Shown: positions 25,201 to 37,809, counted from the stretch's first letter. The stretch: 64,000 bases of DNA from Amoebophrya sp. A120 (GCA_905178155.1 CAJINV010000035.1:1-64000), one strand, 5' to 3'. Notes: generated by a model from the sequence alone, not told the origin. Made by a program: numbers and translations.

Positions 25201-28176
25201 TATGATTTTTCGTATCATCCGTCAATTCCAAAGCCTCCTCCTCGCACTCCCTGCTGTGCGGCAACGGATCCATTTTGTACCAAGCGAGAATCGCGTCCTG
25301 TTCCGCTTTGGGCGTGTTGGAGCGGCCTAAATCGTAGAGAAACTGCCCTCGGGGGAGAAATTCATCGTGCTTCCAGTTTTCGTATGAACTGCAAAAATAT
25401 CGCGGTCGTATTGAAATGCATTACAAATTTTCTATGCATGAGAAGTAACATTTGTAATGCGGATTGACCTTAAGAAAAGGATTTGTAATGCATGATTGCA
25501 ATACGAGTATCAGATACTACTTTTGCACAGGATACCTCGAAGCCGGCGACAACGACGTGACCGACCAGCGTCGACTCGATGTCTGCGTCCTCGTAGCGAT
25601 TTTTACTGGTCGTGTGGTTCTGTGCCCTTGCAGTCTTGGACGAGTTCTTGCCCGGGACGGCGGTCTTTTTGGTGCTGCTAGTACCTGTGGTTTTGCAAAA
25701 CGGCACCACGTTCTTTGGGAGCGATAGTACACGAGAACTCGTAGCGTCGTGGGCATTTCGGGAGCCGGGGTCTTCCGGATCTGTCTTCATCAGTTTCTCA
25801 AAGGATTCTGGCAGTCTTCTCGGGAGCGTCCACGCGGGGAGCCGCTGGTCCCGGGGCTGGAACTTCATCGTTTTGTCCGTTTCCGCGACGATTGTCCCGA
25901 CTACTTTGCTATGCTGAGGAAAAATGGCCTTCGAGAGGACCTCAGTTTGTCATGCGCGACAGGCAGAAATACGTGTCTTGTGGTCGAAGTCGTAGCGCTT
26001 GCTACAGAAGAGAACCGTGCTGGTTGTAATTACACTAGATGAGGAACAGCCCTACGCATGGCTTGCCACTAGTGCCGGCAACCGCAGGGACCAGTTTAGC
26101 AAGAAGCCGCCTTTGCGACAGGTTGCGAACGCGACTGCGAGTCACGTATTCTTCTGGCATAATATGCATTACAAACTGTGTCCGAGAGGAGATTTTTCGC
26201 CAAGATATTTGTGCTTCTCGAATCGTTCCCTGATCGCGACGATGCGGGCAAATTTCGTTGTCGATGTACTTGCTTTTATTCCGGGTTGTGAAGCTGCGCC
26301 ATCGTCTGGCACAGTTGCGTTGGCGGACCCAGCTGCAAGATCATTCGCGGCTGAATCTTTTTCCGTCACTTCCGCCACACCATCCGTTGCGTCATCTCCT
26401 TTCATCGTCGCTTCTGCGGGGCCTTGCATCGGAGCCGGAGGGGTCGTCGATGATACAGTTCCTGGAGGTGTCGGTGGAAGCGCTGGTGGATCGGGGACGA
26501 CAGATGCCTGCTTGCTTGGTGCTACCTGAAGACCTGCCGGATCGCAACTCGACGCAGTTTGTTCCACACGCACTGTCGAGCAGGTCGCTCCCTCGTCTTT
26601 CGACGATGTTGGAGCTGCTGTGGCACCCTGTGCAGGTCCTCGCCGCGTCGCAGGAGGCGACGCAGATGAAATAGGCGGGAGGGATGGATGCGAAGGTTTC
26701 GCTGGCTGCTCTACTGGATTTGCGTGTGCAGGAGCTGTTCCCTCCCCACCACTCCATTTCGGCACGCCGGGAAAAAGCAGTGTTGGATCCTCTTGCAAAC
26801 CCGCAAGAACATTTTTCAGCTTCTTCCGGATCTCTAGCTCGACGTTGTTCCAGTCGAACTTACCAGAATACGGTAAAATCAGCACTTTGTCGCTGCTATG
26901 CACGGCAAAAGCATAAGGATAAGCATCGCATCTTCCCACAAGTCGCAATCTTGCATGACAGATCCGCTTCTCCTTCTTCGTCATCGTCTCGCTTCTCTCC
27001 AATTCGCATGACAAATTCTATTTTCTTTGCTGAAACAACTTGTCATGCTGCAACGTATGCTGGTATCTATGATGCTTTTATGCACTTGTTTTGCAGAGCA
27101 TAACTGCTCATCGCCCGGTTCCGGGCCATAAAGCCGGGGATGAGAAATCTCCCGTGCTGCTCCGTTTCCACATAGCAGGATTCGGTATGAAACGCAGGGA
27201 TTTTCATGGTGCCGGACAGCAGTATTTCGTGCTTCTCGAGTAGAGCGAGGAGTTCGGGTGGTAAAGCGTTGTCGACCAAGGTCGTTCTTGTATGATCTGT
27301 GCCCGAGGTACTAGTGGTGACATTCTCGCAGCTTTTTGGTATGGCCATCGCTCCGTCGCCGGCCTTAGAGTTGGAAACCGAACCTGTCGTGTCGGCAACT
27401 TCCGCGGTTTCCTTGCTGCATGCAGGGACTAAATTCCAGTGTGGATCAAAACAGGGACGAGCTGCTGATGCCGCACTTGCACTGGAGCTATCATCGCGAA
27501 TCTTCCACTGTGAATTCGTTCCAGAGACCAGGCGCTTGTCTGAGGTATAACGTGGTGATGTTAAAGATGTAGATGAGGCGGAGCTGGTAGAGGTTTTCAT
27601 CTTGACGTCATTGGTACCTCTGCCGAGTGGTGAACAACCGCCAGCGCTGTCTACTGCCGCAGTATCCTGCGGCGGTGCAGGAACTACGCTGTTTGTCGGC
27701 GGAGGCGGTGGTACGAACTTACACTTTCTCTTCGCAGCAGCTGGAGTAGCAGCAGCAGCGGCCGCTGTCGATTGCAAAAATCGAACGTCCATTGCTGTGG
27801 CAGCAGAGGCTGCAGTTGAGCCGCTCTTTTTCGTGGTGTTATCCGAAGGTGGTCGCGCCGCCCCCACACGAGGACCAGCACTGGGATGTTGAACATAATT
27901 CCGAGGGCGATTCAGAATCGCTGCGGTCTTCTGCGTCGGGTTCATCTGGGGAGTAGTAGTTGTTTTCCGCGTGACTGCCTTCGACTTCGGCATCGAAGGC
28001 GCAGAAGTTGTTCTTACCGGTGGAGCAGCTGCGCCAGCCGCTGTCTTGCTGGATGGCAGAGTTGTACATGTGGAAGTGATCGTCGAGAATGAGCATGAGA
28101 ACTTTGCCGGTGAACAAAGTGCCGGGCCAGGCCCACCCACAAGCGCGGTCTTTATCCGCTGCAGAAGGAGCCTCAT
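22236..28176 (-). CDS. DIS3L2: DIS3L2-like RNase II/RNB-family 3'-5' exoribonuclease; exons about 28176-27103, 26891-26208, 25904-25535, 25377-23662, 23503-22236
   Basis: RNB motifs FSIDPTTAKDLDDAIS, GIHIADVAHYV, TTVYLP..YPMLP, IIEELMVLAN, YLHFTSPIRRYADIIVHRML. Cold-shock/OB segments RNRAMS|SDKVLI, FQPRDQRLP and EDWKHDEFLPRG appear after intron removal. No PIN domain seen. Confidence 0.88.
23509..23661. mobile_element. IR introner, family B
   Basis: TATGAAATGCAAAAGAATCG...CGATACTTTTGCACGGAATA. Confidence 0.85.
25383..25534. mobile_element. IR introner, family B
   Basis: TATGAACTGCAAAAATATCG...TACTTTTGCACAGGATA; TSD tttcg/cctcg. Confidence 0.88.
25910..26207. mobile_element. IR introner, diverged
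   Basis: TATGCTGAGGAAAAAT...ATTTTTCGCCAAGATA; TSD tttgc/tttgt; join KHK|VVGTIV. Confidence 0.75.
26897..27102. mobile_element. IR introner, diverged
   Basis: TATGCACGGCAAAAGCATAA...TTTTGCAGAGCATA; TSD gctgc/actgc. Confidence 0.78.
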
Positions 28177-28858
28177 TCTGGTGAAGCAGGAGAGAATTGC
28201 GGGTGGTATAATCTACAGATGTCATCCACACATCCACACAACTTTCACTTTCTTCAGTGTTATACCCATTGAGGAGAGGGTGCAGGGCAAGATAAAATTG
28301 TTTTGTCGGCCCAGATTTATTCACGCAACCACGCTTAAAGCTATTTTGGATCTTGTATCAAATCGGATCGTCTCGTCAAGCGAAAAAACGCAAACGTTCA
28401 GATCGACTCTAAGATCGTTCTTCCGCCGGTCTCGTCGCATCTACTTCACAGGTTTCAAGAAACTCAAAAGTTTTATTGGATCATTGCATCTGGTTTTTTT
28501 CACTTCAAAAAAACATTGATCTTCACCGCTCAGCGTTGGGACAGAAAGGGAACCACACAGGAGGAGTTTGGGACAACATCTCTAGGGTTACGTCTCCTCC
28601 TCACTGCTTCGGAAGTTGATACGACTGTGCTCTAGTACTCGTAGATGTAGAGTTTTCATTTGTCAAAAGGAAGAGCTAATCATCTCGATCTACGTCCAGC
28701 AGAACCAATCTACAAAAAAGAGAAAGAAACCAAAATTTTGTGGGTACAACTCCTATATTCTCGTGTGAAATGAACGTGATAAGTAGTGCAGATGAACAAG
28801 CTTTGATGGCACAGGCACTTGATCCTCGTGTACGGAAAACGAGCAAAGAGCCATACTT

Positions 28859-31800
28859 TCAGCAATCCACTAAGCGCACATGCGGCCCTGGTTGCGTATC
28901 CATATTATCAAAGTGAAAAAAGCCCCCACCCCATATCGGAAACGGGAGACGCGCGAATTTGTGATGCTGTATTTGAGTACACAAATCGACTTGTATTGCT
29001 AGGAGGCCAAGAGACGGAGCTGCGGCCTAAATTGCAGGTAATCTGTCATGCTGTTTCCCCCTTCCAGTTGCCTCTTGTCATCCTGGAGTTGCAAGGCTTT
29101 CCCACGCTAGACAGCACTACAGTCCGCATCTTTTGCCTTCTAGCATCACAAAGCTGATTTGTGACCCCAAATCTGCATCACAGATTTCCGTTTTGATATG
29201 GGGAGGGGGCATTTTTCATTGTAATACATATCCTCTGGCATTTCAAACGGCGTTTCCAGCCCCAAGTATCCTGTGCAAAAGTATCGTGCTCGTATAAATG
29301 CATTACAAACTTCCTCAGCATGAGAAACAAAATTTGTATATGCAGATTTGCCTTGGAAACAAGATTTGTAATGCTAAACTTGCATTGGTACGAGTGCGAT
29401 ACTTTTCCACAGCCTACCAATTGATACGCCCGGATCTCGCCGCTCGCAACACTAGTACTCAGCGCAAAAATGTCTGGGTCTGGAAAAATCGGAATCTGTA
29501 ATGCGCGTTTTCCACTCCTGTAAAATCTGTATTGCGTGACCGACAAAAGCGCGAATTCTTTGTCATGCAAAAACGCAGTTTCTTATGCGGATTACACATG
29601 AGAAGGCGTCCGCAAAATTTGTCATGCTTGGCTGCACTCAGGAGTGTGCTCAGTCATCGCTACTGGGCATCATAGGTTTCCAGACCCAGACATATTTGCA
29701 ATGCATAACTAGTCGCCGCCTGCAAAAACGCCTGCACGAAACAGTGCCACGCGAGTAGGTGGTACGAAGTTGCGAGGGTTGCCTGGGCTAAGTGGCTCGC
29801 GATGCAGGACTGCGAAGTTGTTGTCGCTGCTGCTCCTGCTGCTGCGTGGTGAGCAGCTGCTTGTCCGGCTGCGGACGCAGTCGACGCCGCGGAAGTACCA
29901 CTATGCAGGACACCACCACCAGCACCAGAGCTGCAGTCAAGCCCGTGCGGAACGATGCTGCTGAGGAATCCGGCGATCCTTTGTCTTGCATGGTCGCCGC
30001 AGCAGGATGCACCGAACAGCCTGTCGCCGACGTGGAACGGTTCTAGCGTGGCGCCGGGATGTGCCCTCGTCGAGGCCAGAGGCGACTGGCCAAGAGTGAG
30101 TTTCCCGAGCGCGCCGCAAAAAAGTTCGGCTCCGATGTGAGCACAGAGCATCGCGAGATTCTCGATACCGCAGGTGCACCAAAAACTTGTTTTCGCGGTC
30201 TCGTCCATCATCGCGTCTTGATTCTCCCGCGGTACGAGCTCGCAGGGACTGTCTTCCCCGTTGCAGCAGGTCGACGGATCATCGGAACACCCCTATGGCG
30301 TTCTCAACTGTTACATTCTCAACTGTAATACATATATTTGTGATGCAAGACTGGCGAAAGTGAAAAGAGGAAGATTGCGCCTGTTGCATTACAAGGTTGG
30401 CGGAGATTGAGATGCTGTCTAGCCCTTCCGAAATTTGTCATGCGAAGCAGCTCGATCATCTGCCGGCTTAAGATGCTTTTGCATGACAAATACATGTAAC
30501 AGATGTAACAGTTGAGAATGTAACGTTGGAGAACGCCATAACCCCTTCCGCACGTTCTTGCACGGACAGCAGAAAATTCGCAGGAACAGGCAGCCAATTG
30601 TTATCAAAAGTAAAAATGTCTGAGTCTGGAAACTTGTGATGCTGGGTGGCGTCTCATGATGAGGCTACAAATGCTGGCTCAGCATGACAAGTTTCTGAGC
30701 TCCTAGGTGTTGCCTATTCTGCATGACAAACTGCGCTTCTGCATCACAGAAAAACGGAGCTCTTGGGTAACGTGCATGACAGATTTAAGAGTCATGCCAG
30801 ACAAGCATGACAAACATGAATTCTTCCAGAGCCAGACATTTTTACAGTTGATAATTGTATCCTGACTGCAAACGCCCCCGCCACCGCATAGTCAATCTTG
30901 ACTGGGATGAATTCTGCAACACAAATCCAGAAGTTTGTTTTAGATGCCACGAATGACAAGTTCGTCGCTGTAGTGTAGTAGAGCATAGCCATGTAGTTAG
31001 CAAGTGCAGCCGCATCTCAAAGCCATCAGCTTATCCTCTTTACAGGATCACAAATGCTGAAACACGACTATAGAATATATGCCCCTCATGAGATTGAGAA
31101 TGCGCATTTTTACAAATCTTCCACCTGTAAGTTAGGTGCAAATACTTTCGAGTGGGAACATTTATATTGTTGAGGATAAATTGCTTTCACCGACACATTC
31201 CCCTTCACCGCCGCCGCCGGCACCGCCAGACACCGCAGGCACTGCGCGCTCTGTTTTGCGCAGCAATCCGACACTTTGCAGCAACAGCAGCAGCAGCAAC
31301 AGAGGTTCGCAACCGTCAAGCCAACACTGGTGGTCGCCGGGTCCTTGCAACAGAACTCAGGCCAGGAACTGCCGCTGGCCCGGTCGCAGCAGGGGAATCG
31401 TTGGAGGTCCCTTTCTGTTAACGTGCCCAGCCGCTGGACGTAGCTCCGACAGGGGCGCTTCCTGTGGGTGACTTGAGCTGCTTCTCCCGCTGTGCAGCTG
31501 CAGCAGCTGTTCGTGCTGGTTGGGGACGACGGAATTCCATCAGCGGCGAGTGAAGTAGATCCTTCTGTACTACGGAGTGTCCGCATGTCGTAGCTGTCCT
31601 GCTGTTCTTGTGCCTCCACATCGCGGCCTTCCTGGTCTTCTCCGGGAAGCTGTGTTGCCAAATACATCTGCGACAGGACGTCGCTGAGCGGGCTCCGCTG
31701 ATTCGGCACGTCGAAGACGAGTACATACGCTATTTCGAGCAGCGTCGTGTCGTGCACGACAAATTCCGTGTGCAATTGCGTTCCCCGCGGATCGAGCTTT

Positions 31801-34800
31801 TTCCCGCCGACGTGGCGGATGCGAAACTGCTCCCCGGTGCCGTACATGTCCTCGGTGTCGTCGTGGTATGCAGTTTGGATGAGACGTGTTGCGCAGCAGG
31901 AAAACGAATGAAACGCACCTTGTCATGCAAAGCACTTTGTCCTTGTTCCAGTAGACAATCAGAAAATGTTCAATTAACAGAATCTACCATACCGCTGTTT
32001 GGCATGACAAGAACGTTCCACATTACATTTGGTTCGACAACTATCCCATGAAAAAACTGTTTCACTGTGATGACTTTGCAAAAACCGCATCATAAGTGTG
32101 TTGCACATGACACCGAAAATTTGGCATGCGTGTTTCCCAAGGGAAAACACGCTGGAAAATCCCATGTCTTGCAGGTGTGGCAAGACAAACAATGTGGCGC
32201 TTCGTTTTCTGCATCACAAGTTCACAGTGAAACTGTTTTTTCGTGCGATAACAACGTCCTCAACACTTCCCGGCAATAAAAGCTTCTTCTGCCCGTCTTG
32301 CGCCCACGAGAAGAGTCGGCCCGACCAGTCGGTACTGGCATTGCTAGGATGATGATCCTCTCCTGGCCCACTGCCGATGCCATCTGGGTACGGCAGATCT
32401 ACTATTTGCGTGTGGTAATCCGGTATCCACTGTGGGTTTTGCAAGAATATGCATTCCAAATATGTCTGGGTCTGGAAGGATGCAACTTGTGATGCTGCTA
32501 CCTTTGGACTCCACGTAAAATCTGTATTGCATGAACAGCAAAAAGAGGTGCAATTTCTGCTACGCTGAGAGGGCATTTCTCATGCTATATGAGCATCAGA
32601 AAGGCCTGGCATAATCTCTGATGCTAGGGCATGCATCACAGACCTCATGGGTCATGCGAAATCTGCACGACAAACTCCTGCACTCTCCGAGACCCAGACA
32701 TATTTGCATTTGATAAAGAAATTCCCTCTCGTATGGCGGGCCAGTGGCACCCCGTAAAGCACTTGATCGACGGATTTGCCCCATCGCCGTTTTACCGGTG
32801 GACGCTGGCGTTGCGGACTTCTAGCGCCCGCCTCCGGGATGATGTTACCAGGCGTCCGCAGACCTTTCCGGGCTCGTTCCAGCTCGAGATTCGCAATATC
32901 CTTCGGCGGCAAGGTTAGTTTGACGACGAAAATTACGTTCCACCGGCCTTTCACGATGTCGCTCCACTCCCCGGTGGGACTCTGCTTCGCGGCGGGGACC
33001 TGAATGCTCATGTTCTCCGCGGCGCGAACCGGTAATTCCCACTTGCTGTACTGCGCGGCCTTGTGCAGTTGGTTTGCCAAATAGATCCCATCTCCGTACA
33101 GCTGCCCGCCGTTCTTGCCCTTTTTTCCGCGGCCGTTGCCGTCGTTTTTCCTGGTGCCCGGCCGCTGCAGTCCGTTTTTCAGGATGTTGCGCAATCTGCC
33201 GGTGGACCACTTGTTGAATTTGACGCCGCCTGATTTTTTCGAAGCAGCAGCAAAACCACTTTTAGAAGTAGTACTGGTACTACTTCTCTCTTTCCCCCTT
33301 ACTTGAAAGATCGGCGAACTCCGCCCTATGTAAGTGTAGTGTGGCGGCTGCGGGGGCAGCGGCTGCCGTTTCGCATCGTGATCGTATGTATCAAATGTAA
33401 AAATGTCTGGGTCTGGAAGAATACACGATCTGTCATGCAGCTTTTCCATGACCCATGAAGCCTGGAATGCAGGACCTAGCATGACAGATTCTGCGCGATG
33501 ATCTCTCTCATGCCTATTCTGCATGAGAAACTCCCTCCCGAGTTGGTCAAGATTGGACGTTTTTGGTAATCATGCAACACAGATTTTTGCATGCTTCAGA
33601 TTTAGCATGACAAGTCGCATTCTTCCAGACCCAGACATTTTTACATTTGATAGTATGGCGGAATGTGGCGTTCGTGGTAGTTATCTTCATCTTCGTCTTC
33701 CTCGTGGAAAGACAAGCCTGTTCCGTGGAAAAAATAAGCTTCGGATGCGGGGTCCAGTCCGTCGCAATCGATTGCGAGTTTCCGATATCAAATGCAAAAA
33801 TGTCCGGGTCTGGAAGATTCTGACACCTGTCATGCACGTTTTGCATGAGCCATGATGTCTGTGATGCATCCCCTAGCAATACAGATTTTCTGAGGGCTTT
33901 TTGATGCCTATTCTGCATGATAAATGCCTTCTCAGCGTAGCAAAAATTGTATTCCCTTTGGTACTCATGCAATACAGATTTTTTTGGAATCCAAATGCAG
34001 CATCACAAGTTGCATTCTTCCAGACCCAGACATTTTTACATTTGATATCCGAAGGTAGGGGTTCTGCTGGGCTTTCTCGTTGTAAGAAAGATCTGCGAAT
34101 GTGAAGCGCTGGATAGCAGGCGAATTTCTGTCTGCTTCGTCGATGAAATTCGGTCGCGGCGCATTACCAGGTCGGGCGACGGTTCGGCCTTTTTGAAAGG
34201 GCGCAGCGAGTCTTCTCGTTTTGTCGTCCGAAAAGCCGAGGTGCTGGGTCAAGCTGGTGAAGAAGCTGTTGGGCAGTGTTCCATCTGCTGCCCTCCTGCT
34301 GGAAGAAGAGGATCGGCTGCTGCCCCACCAGCGCGCAGGGGGTGTGTCTTCTTCCTCTTCAGGAGGTACATTTTCTCTTGGACCAACCAAATCTTGCAAC
34401 TCCGCGTTGATCTCTGCTGCTTTGGTGTTCACAGCGTGTTGCACAATGTTGTCAGGATCGAAGACATACGGATAATGGTTCTCATCACCCACCAGCCCCG
34501 CCAGCGCGTCCTCCTGATTCTGCGGTCGTCCGTAAATAACCTTCTGGACTTTCTCAATATGGTACTTCTGCAACTCCGGGCAGTGGGGACACCGGTTGGT
34601 CTCGTAGTTTGCAACGTTTTGAAACAGAATTTGAAGTGGGGTCGGACCAGCGGAGGGGATAATGGTGGTGCTCGTGCTTGCGGCGGTTCGGTTTTCGCGT
34701 GGCAGCAGGAGTTCCTGCTGCTCTTCAGCAAGTTGCTGCCTCTGGTTCTGTTGCAGCTGCTGTTGAGACAGCATGTGCTGTTGGTGGGGTGCAAGGACAG

Positions 34801-35291
34801 TCGGGGTTGGCGTCGGGTAGAAGGGGAGATACGCAGGGGGGTGCAAATTTGCACCGCTACCTGGCCCACCACCGGGAGGGTATGGAGTTCTCAAACGATA
34901 CATTCTCAACTGTTAGATGAATTTGTCATGCAGAACTACCATCATCATTCACAAGATCAAGCTGCTGCGCATGACAAATTTGCGAAGGGCTAAACAGCGC
35001 CTAAATCTGCGCGGGATTTGTAATGCATTTTTTGCAGTCTTCCCCCTTTTGCTTTTGCGATTCTTGCATTACAGATTCATGTAACAGTTGAGAATGTAAC
35101 TTTTGAGAACGCCATAGAGGGGGCAAAGTGCTTACATCATCCTCCTGCTGCGGTCCCAGAAAAAAACTCATCTTCGTTCCTGCCACGAGAAAATTTTCGG
35201 CTGGTGCGATTAGTTGTGCAAAAATAAGCACAACTGTTGCAGCAACAAGGAGACCATGAGCACGTGGCGGCGGTAGAAACATCATTTTCAT
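28859..35291 (-). CDS. Putative secreted PARP-family ADP-ribosyltransferase with a Cys-rich C-terminal region; about 12 TIR introns
   Basis: N-terminal hydrophobic stretch GLLVAATVVLIFAQLIAPA; EAYFFHGT (about 33725), NILKNGL..GQLYGDGIYLANQLHKAAQYS (about 33080), LHTEFVVHDTTLLEIAYVLVF (about 31760); poly-Cys tract. One junction (about 31867-31991) is unresolved. Confidence 0.75.
28906..29226. mobile_element. IR introner, family D
   Basis: TATCAAAGTGAAAAAAGCCCCCACCCCATATC...GATATGGGGAGGGGGCATTTTTCATTGTAATA; perfect TSD catat. Confidence 0.9.
29267..29416. mobile_element. IR introner, family B
   Basis: TATCCTGTGCAAAAGTATCG...CGATACTTTTCCACAGCCTA; TSD ccaag/ccaat. Confidence 0.88.
29456..29707. 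mobile_element. IR introner, family A
   Basis: GCAAAAATGTCTGGGTCTGGAA TIR; perfect TSD actag. Confidence 0.9.
30294..30540. mobile_element. IR introner, family C
   Basis: TATGGCGTTCTCAACTGTTACATTCTCAACTGT TIR; perfect TSD acccc. Confidence 0.92.
30602..30853. mobile_element. IR introner, family A, inserted at the tip of the next element
   Basis: Family A TIR; perfect TSD attgt. Confidence 0.9.
30858..31178. mobile_element. IR introner, F-like
   Basis: TATCCTGACTGCAAACGCCC...GGGAACATTTATATTGTTGAGGATA; perfect TSD aattg. Confidence 0.78.
32042..32250. mobile_element. IR introner, family H
   Basis: TATCCCATGAAAAAACTGTTTCACTGTGA...TCACAGTGAAACTGTTTTTTCGTGCGATA; perfect TSD acaac. Confidence 0.9.
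32448..32715. mobile_element. IR introner, family A (internally inverted relative to the 33389 copy)
   Basis: Family A TIR; perfect TSD aagaa. Confidence 0.92.
33389..33652. mobile_element. IR introner, family A
   Basis: Perfect ~33-bp TIR TATCAAATGTAAAAATGTCTGGGTCTGGAAGAA; perfect TSD gtatg; closely similar to the 50681 copy. Confidence 0.95.
33786..34047. mobile_element. IR introner, family A
   Basis: Family A TIR; perfect TSD tccga; closely similar to the 54830 copy. Confidence 0.95.
34881..35116. mobile_element. IR introner, family C
   Basis: TATGGAGTTCTCAAA...TTTGAGAACGCCATA; perfect TSD gaggg. Confidence 0.92.
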
Positions 35292-35946
35292 TCTTTCAGC
35301 AGATTTTCAGTTGTAATACTAGAAACAAAGAGGTAAATAAAAAGGTAGTATTCCACGCCCCACTTCCGCTATGTCGTGTCCTGTGCGGCGGCGGAAGGAG
35401 TGGAGATGCAAAAAGTCAAAAGAATAAAGTTGCAATCGTGATCATGAATCATCGCTCTCTCGTGAAACACAAAGAAATGACAAAGCACTCGTTGCTAGAG
35501 TTTTGCTGGGTGCAGCCGGAAGTGGTCAAAATAATGGGTCTGCAAGCAGTACTAGTTCTCGCAAGTCCAAGTCAATTCATCTGTACGACTTCTTGATCTG
35601 GTACTCTTTCAACAAGAGAGAAGAGTGCTGGAGTGTGTCGTCAATGGCAAAAAACCGCCCTCGCAAAAATCACGACGAAAAAATGGATCGAAAAAGGTCG
35701 TCTCTTGCCAGTCGCATTGTACAGGGATGCTCCTCGGAAAAAGGTGGCCAGCACGGAGGTGGCGGTGTACGAGCAACCCAACGCAAGAGAAAAAGATAGA
35801 TTTGATGAACTGAGAAAAAAAAATAATTGGATCATCCACAGGCCGGTCGTGTTGAAAAATAAACAGTGATCCGCAAAGCACGACGGGCGCGTTGGTACAA
35901 CGAAAGATTTCATTTTCGCAAGCCACTCTGGGATAACTTGCAGATT

Positions 35947-37809
35947 TCAATTTTCCTGTAGGGATAGCCTGATCATATGATCCACAATGTCGCCTAGACT
36001 GCAGTACTCATCAGTCGCCGGCGGGGGATCATTTGTCATGCTATTTTTATTTTCCCTGAGATCTACTGCCCTGTCGCAGTCCCGTATTCGCAGGGGTATT
36101 GTAATCCTCTCCCCGCCGCGGACTTCCCCCTCTGAAGCGGACGGGCGAGTTGATGGCGACAGTGAGGTCGGGCTGATTCCACCTTCCGTTTTGTAGTTCC
36201 GCGAATGTCCCACCACTCCTCGTGAAGAGACACGCTCACTTTCTGGTGAATCAGCCCTCGCCTCAGTGCTAGTACTTCTTCGTCCCCAATGTGCTGCAAA
36301 AGTCGTCGGCACGAAAGACCAAAGAAACGCGGACGTGGAGGTCGGCACACTGGCTTGCACCTCTTGATATGGTATGGAAAATCAGAATCGCTGTCAATTT
36401 GTCATGCTATACAGAACTCGTAGCTTAAAGCGATTTTGCACACTATGCATGACAAACTGACACCAAAAATCTTGATTTCATCCACCATACCCGATCGGTG
36501 TCGGCGAAAATGAGTTGGTCATTCATCCGATGGTCCCCGCCGAGAACTTCCAGGAAGCGAAACTGTAATGCGGAGTGAATATTGGTATCGGCGTTTGTCA
36601 TGCTGGACTTCGAAGCACCAGTACTAGTTGCTGTGCACAATAGATTCGCGAACAGCTGCCGACTTCCCTCAATGTCGATCACCGTGTCTTTATCCATTGC
36701 AAATCTGTCTGGGTCTGGAAACTTGTGCTGCTGGGTGGCGTATTATGAGGAGGCCAAAAGTGCTGGCTCAGCATGACAAGTTACTGAGCTTTTAGGTGCT
36801 GCATATTCTACATGGCAGACGGCGTTTCTGCATGACAGAAAAGTGGGGCTCTTCGGTAACATGCATGACAGATTTCAGAGTCATGCCAGACGAGCATGAC
36901 AAGCATGAACTCTTCCAGACCCAGACATTCTTGCAGTTGATAGTCTTGATCCCCGTGCAACAACCAGATCCGAGTTTGTGATGCGGAAAGGCGATGACAA
37001 ATGTTTTCTGCCGAAATGTTCATAGAGAGGTATCGTTTTTCCACCGTATCCGCGAAGTAATTTTCGAAGTCACCAGGCAGGAAGGTGTGTAGTAGGCTCG
37101 TCATCACCGGGTACGCGTGCTGTAGAGGCTTTAACGCCGGAGCGATTAGGAGAAGCGACTCTGGGGTCGCTTTCGCTAATGCGTCGATCTGGTACGGAGA
37201 GAATAACTCCGTCCACTGGCGCAGCAGCTCCAACGCAATCAAACCGCCCCAGGAAGAGCCGATGAGGAGGATTTTCAAGGGTTTTGTGGTAGAAGATGTC
37301 CTCCGTGAGGTGGAGATTGTTGCGTTGTTTGCTGTTTCCGGAACGTCATAGCTACTTTCTGCTCTATCCACATAGTATCCCACTCTCCCGCCAAGCACTC
37401 TGGACCGGGTTTGGTACTCTTTCAGAATCTCCTGCTTCGCCGTTTCCACGCATTTTTCCACCGAAGTTTCGAAGGAAAAGGAGTTCTGGGACAGCGAGTT
37501 GCGCTTCTGGAAAATACCCATCTGCATGTTGATTGGAGTCACGAGGACTTCGGGTGAGGGACGACGTGTTGAGGAGGAGCTCGTCCTGTGCGACGTCGTT
37601 CCACCTCCAGGGCGGGTGTCCTCAGCAGCATCATGCTCGTCTCGAGCTGGATTGGAATCGTTGTTCCATGATGTCGACGACGTTTTGTTGTACCTTGCCT
37701 GCAGGTACTTGCTCTTGCGCCCGTTGACGCCACCCTCGAGTCCGGGAAGGAAGATGATCCAGGTAAGGGTGGAGCAAGGTAGTGCGGACGGTGAAGTAGT
37801 GGTGGCCAT
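35947..37809 (-). CDS. Alpha/beta-hydrolase (YqiA/UPF0227-like esterase); introns 36691-36942 and 36368-36489
   Basis: IIFLPGLEG..GRKSKYL, nucleophile elbow IGSSWGG, LLLIAPA, LLHGDQD|TVI (Asp joined across the intron), GGDHRM (His). Confidence 0.8.
36691..36942. mobile_element. IR introner, family A
   Basis: Family A TIR; perfect TSD gtctt. Confidence 0.93.

Noticed and set aside
29267-29416. Idea that the TATCCTGTG tip always marks the intron 5' end
   Set aside because: This copy and the 10842 copy have that tip at the transcript 3' side of minus-strand genes.
33389-34047. Recurrent ~30-bp repeats as a CRISPR array
   Set aside because: The repeats are inverted pairs bounding ~260-bp elements with TSDs. 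There are no regular spacers and no cas genes.
33523-34104. Many short ORFs with QTQTFLHL / CKNVWVWK / PDPDIF peptides as a protein family
   Set aside because: They are translations of family A TIRs in different frames.
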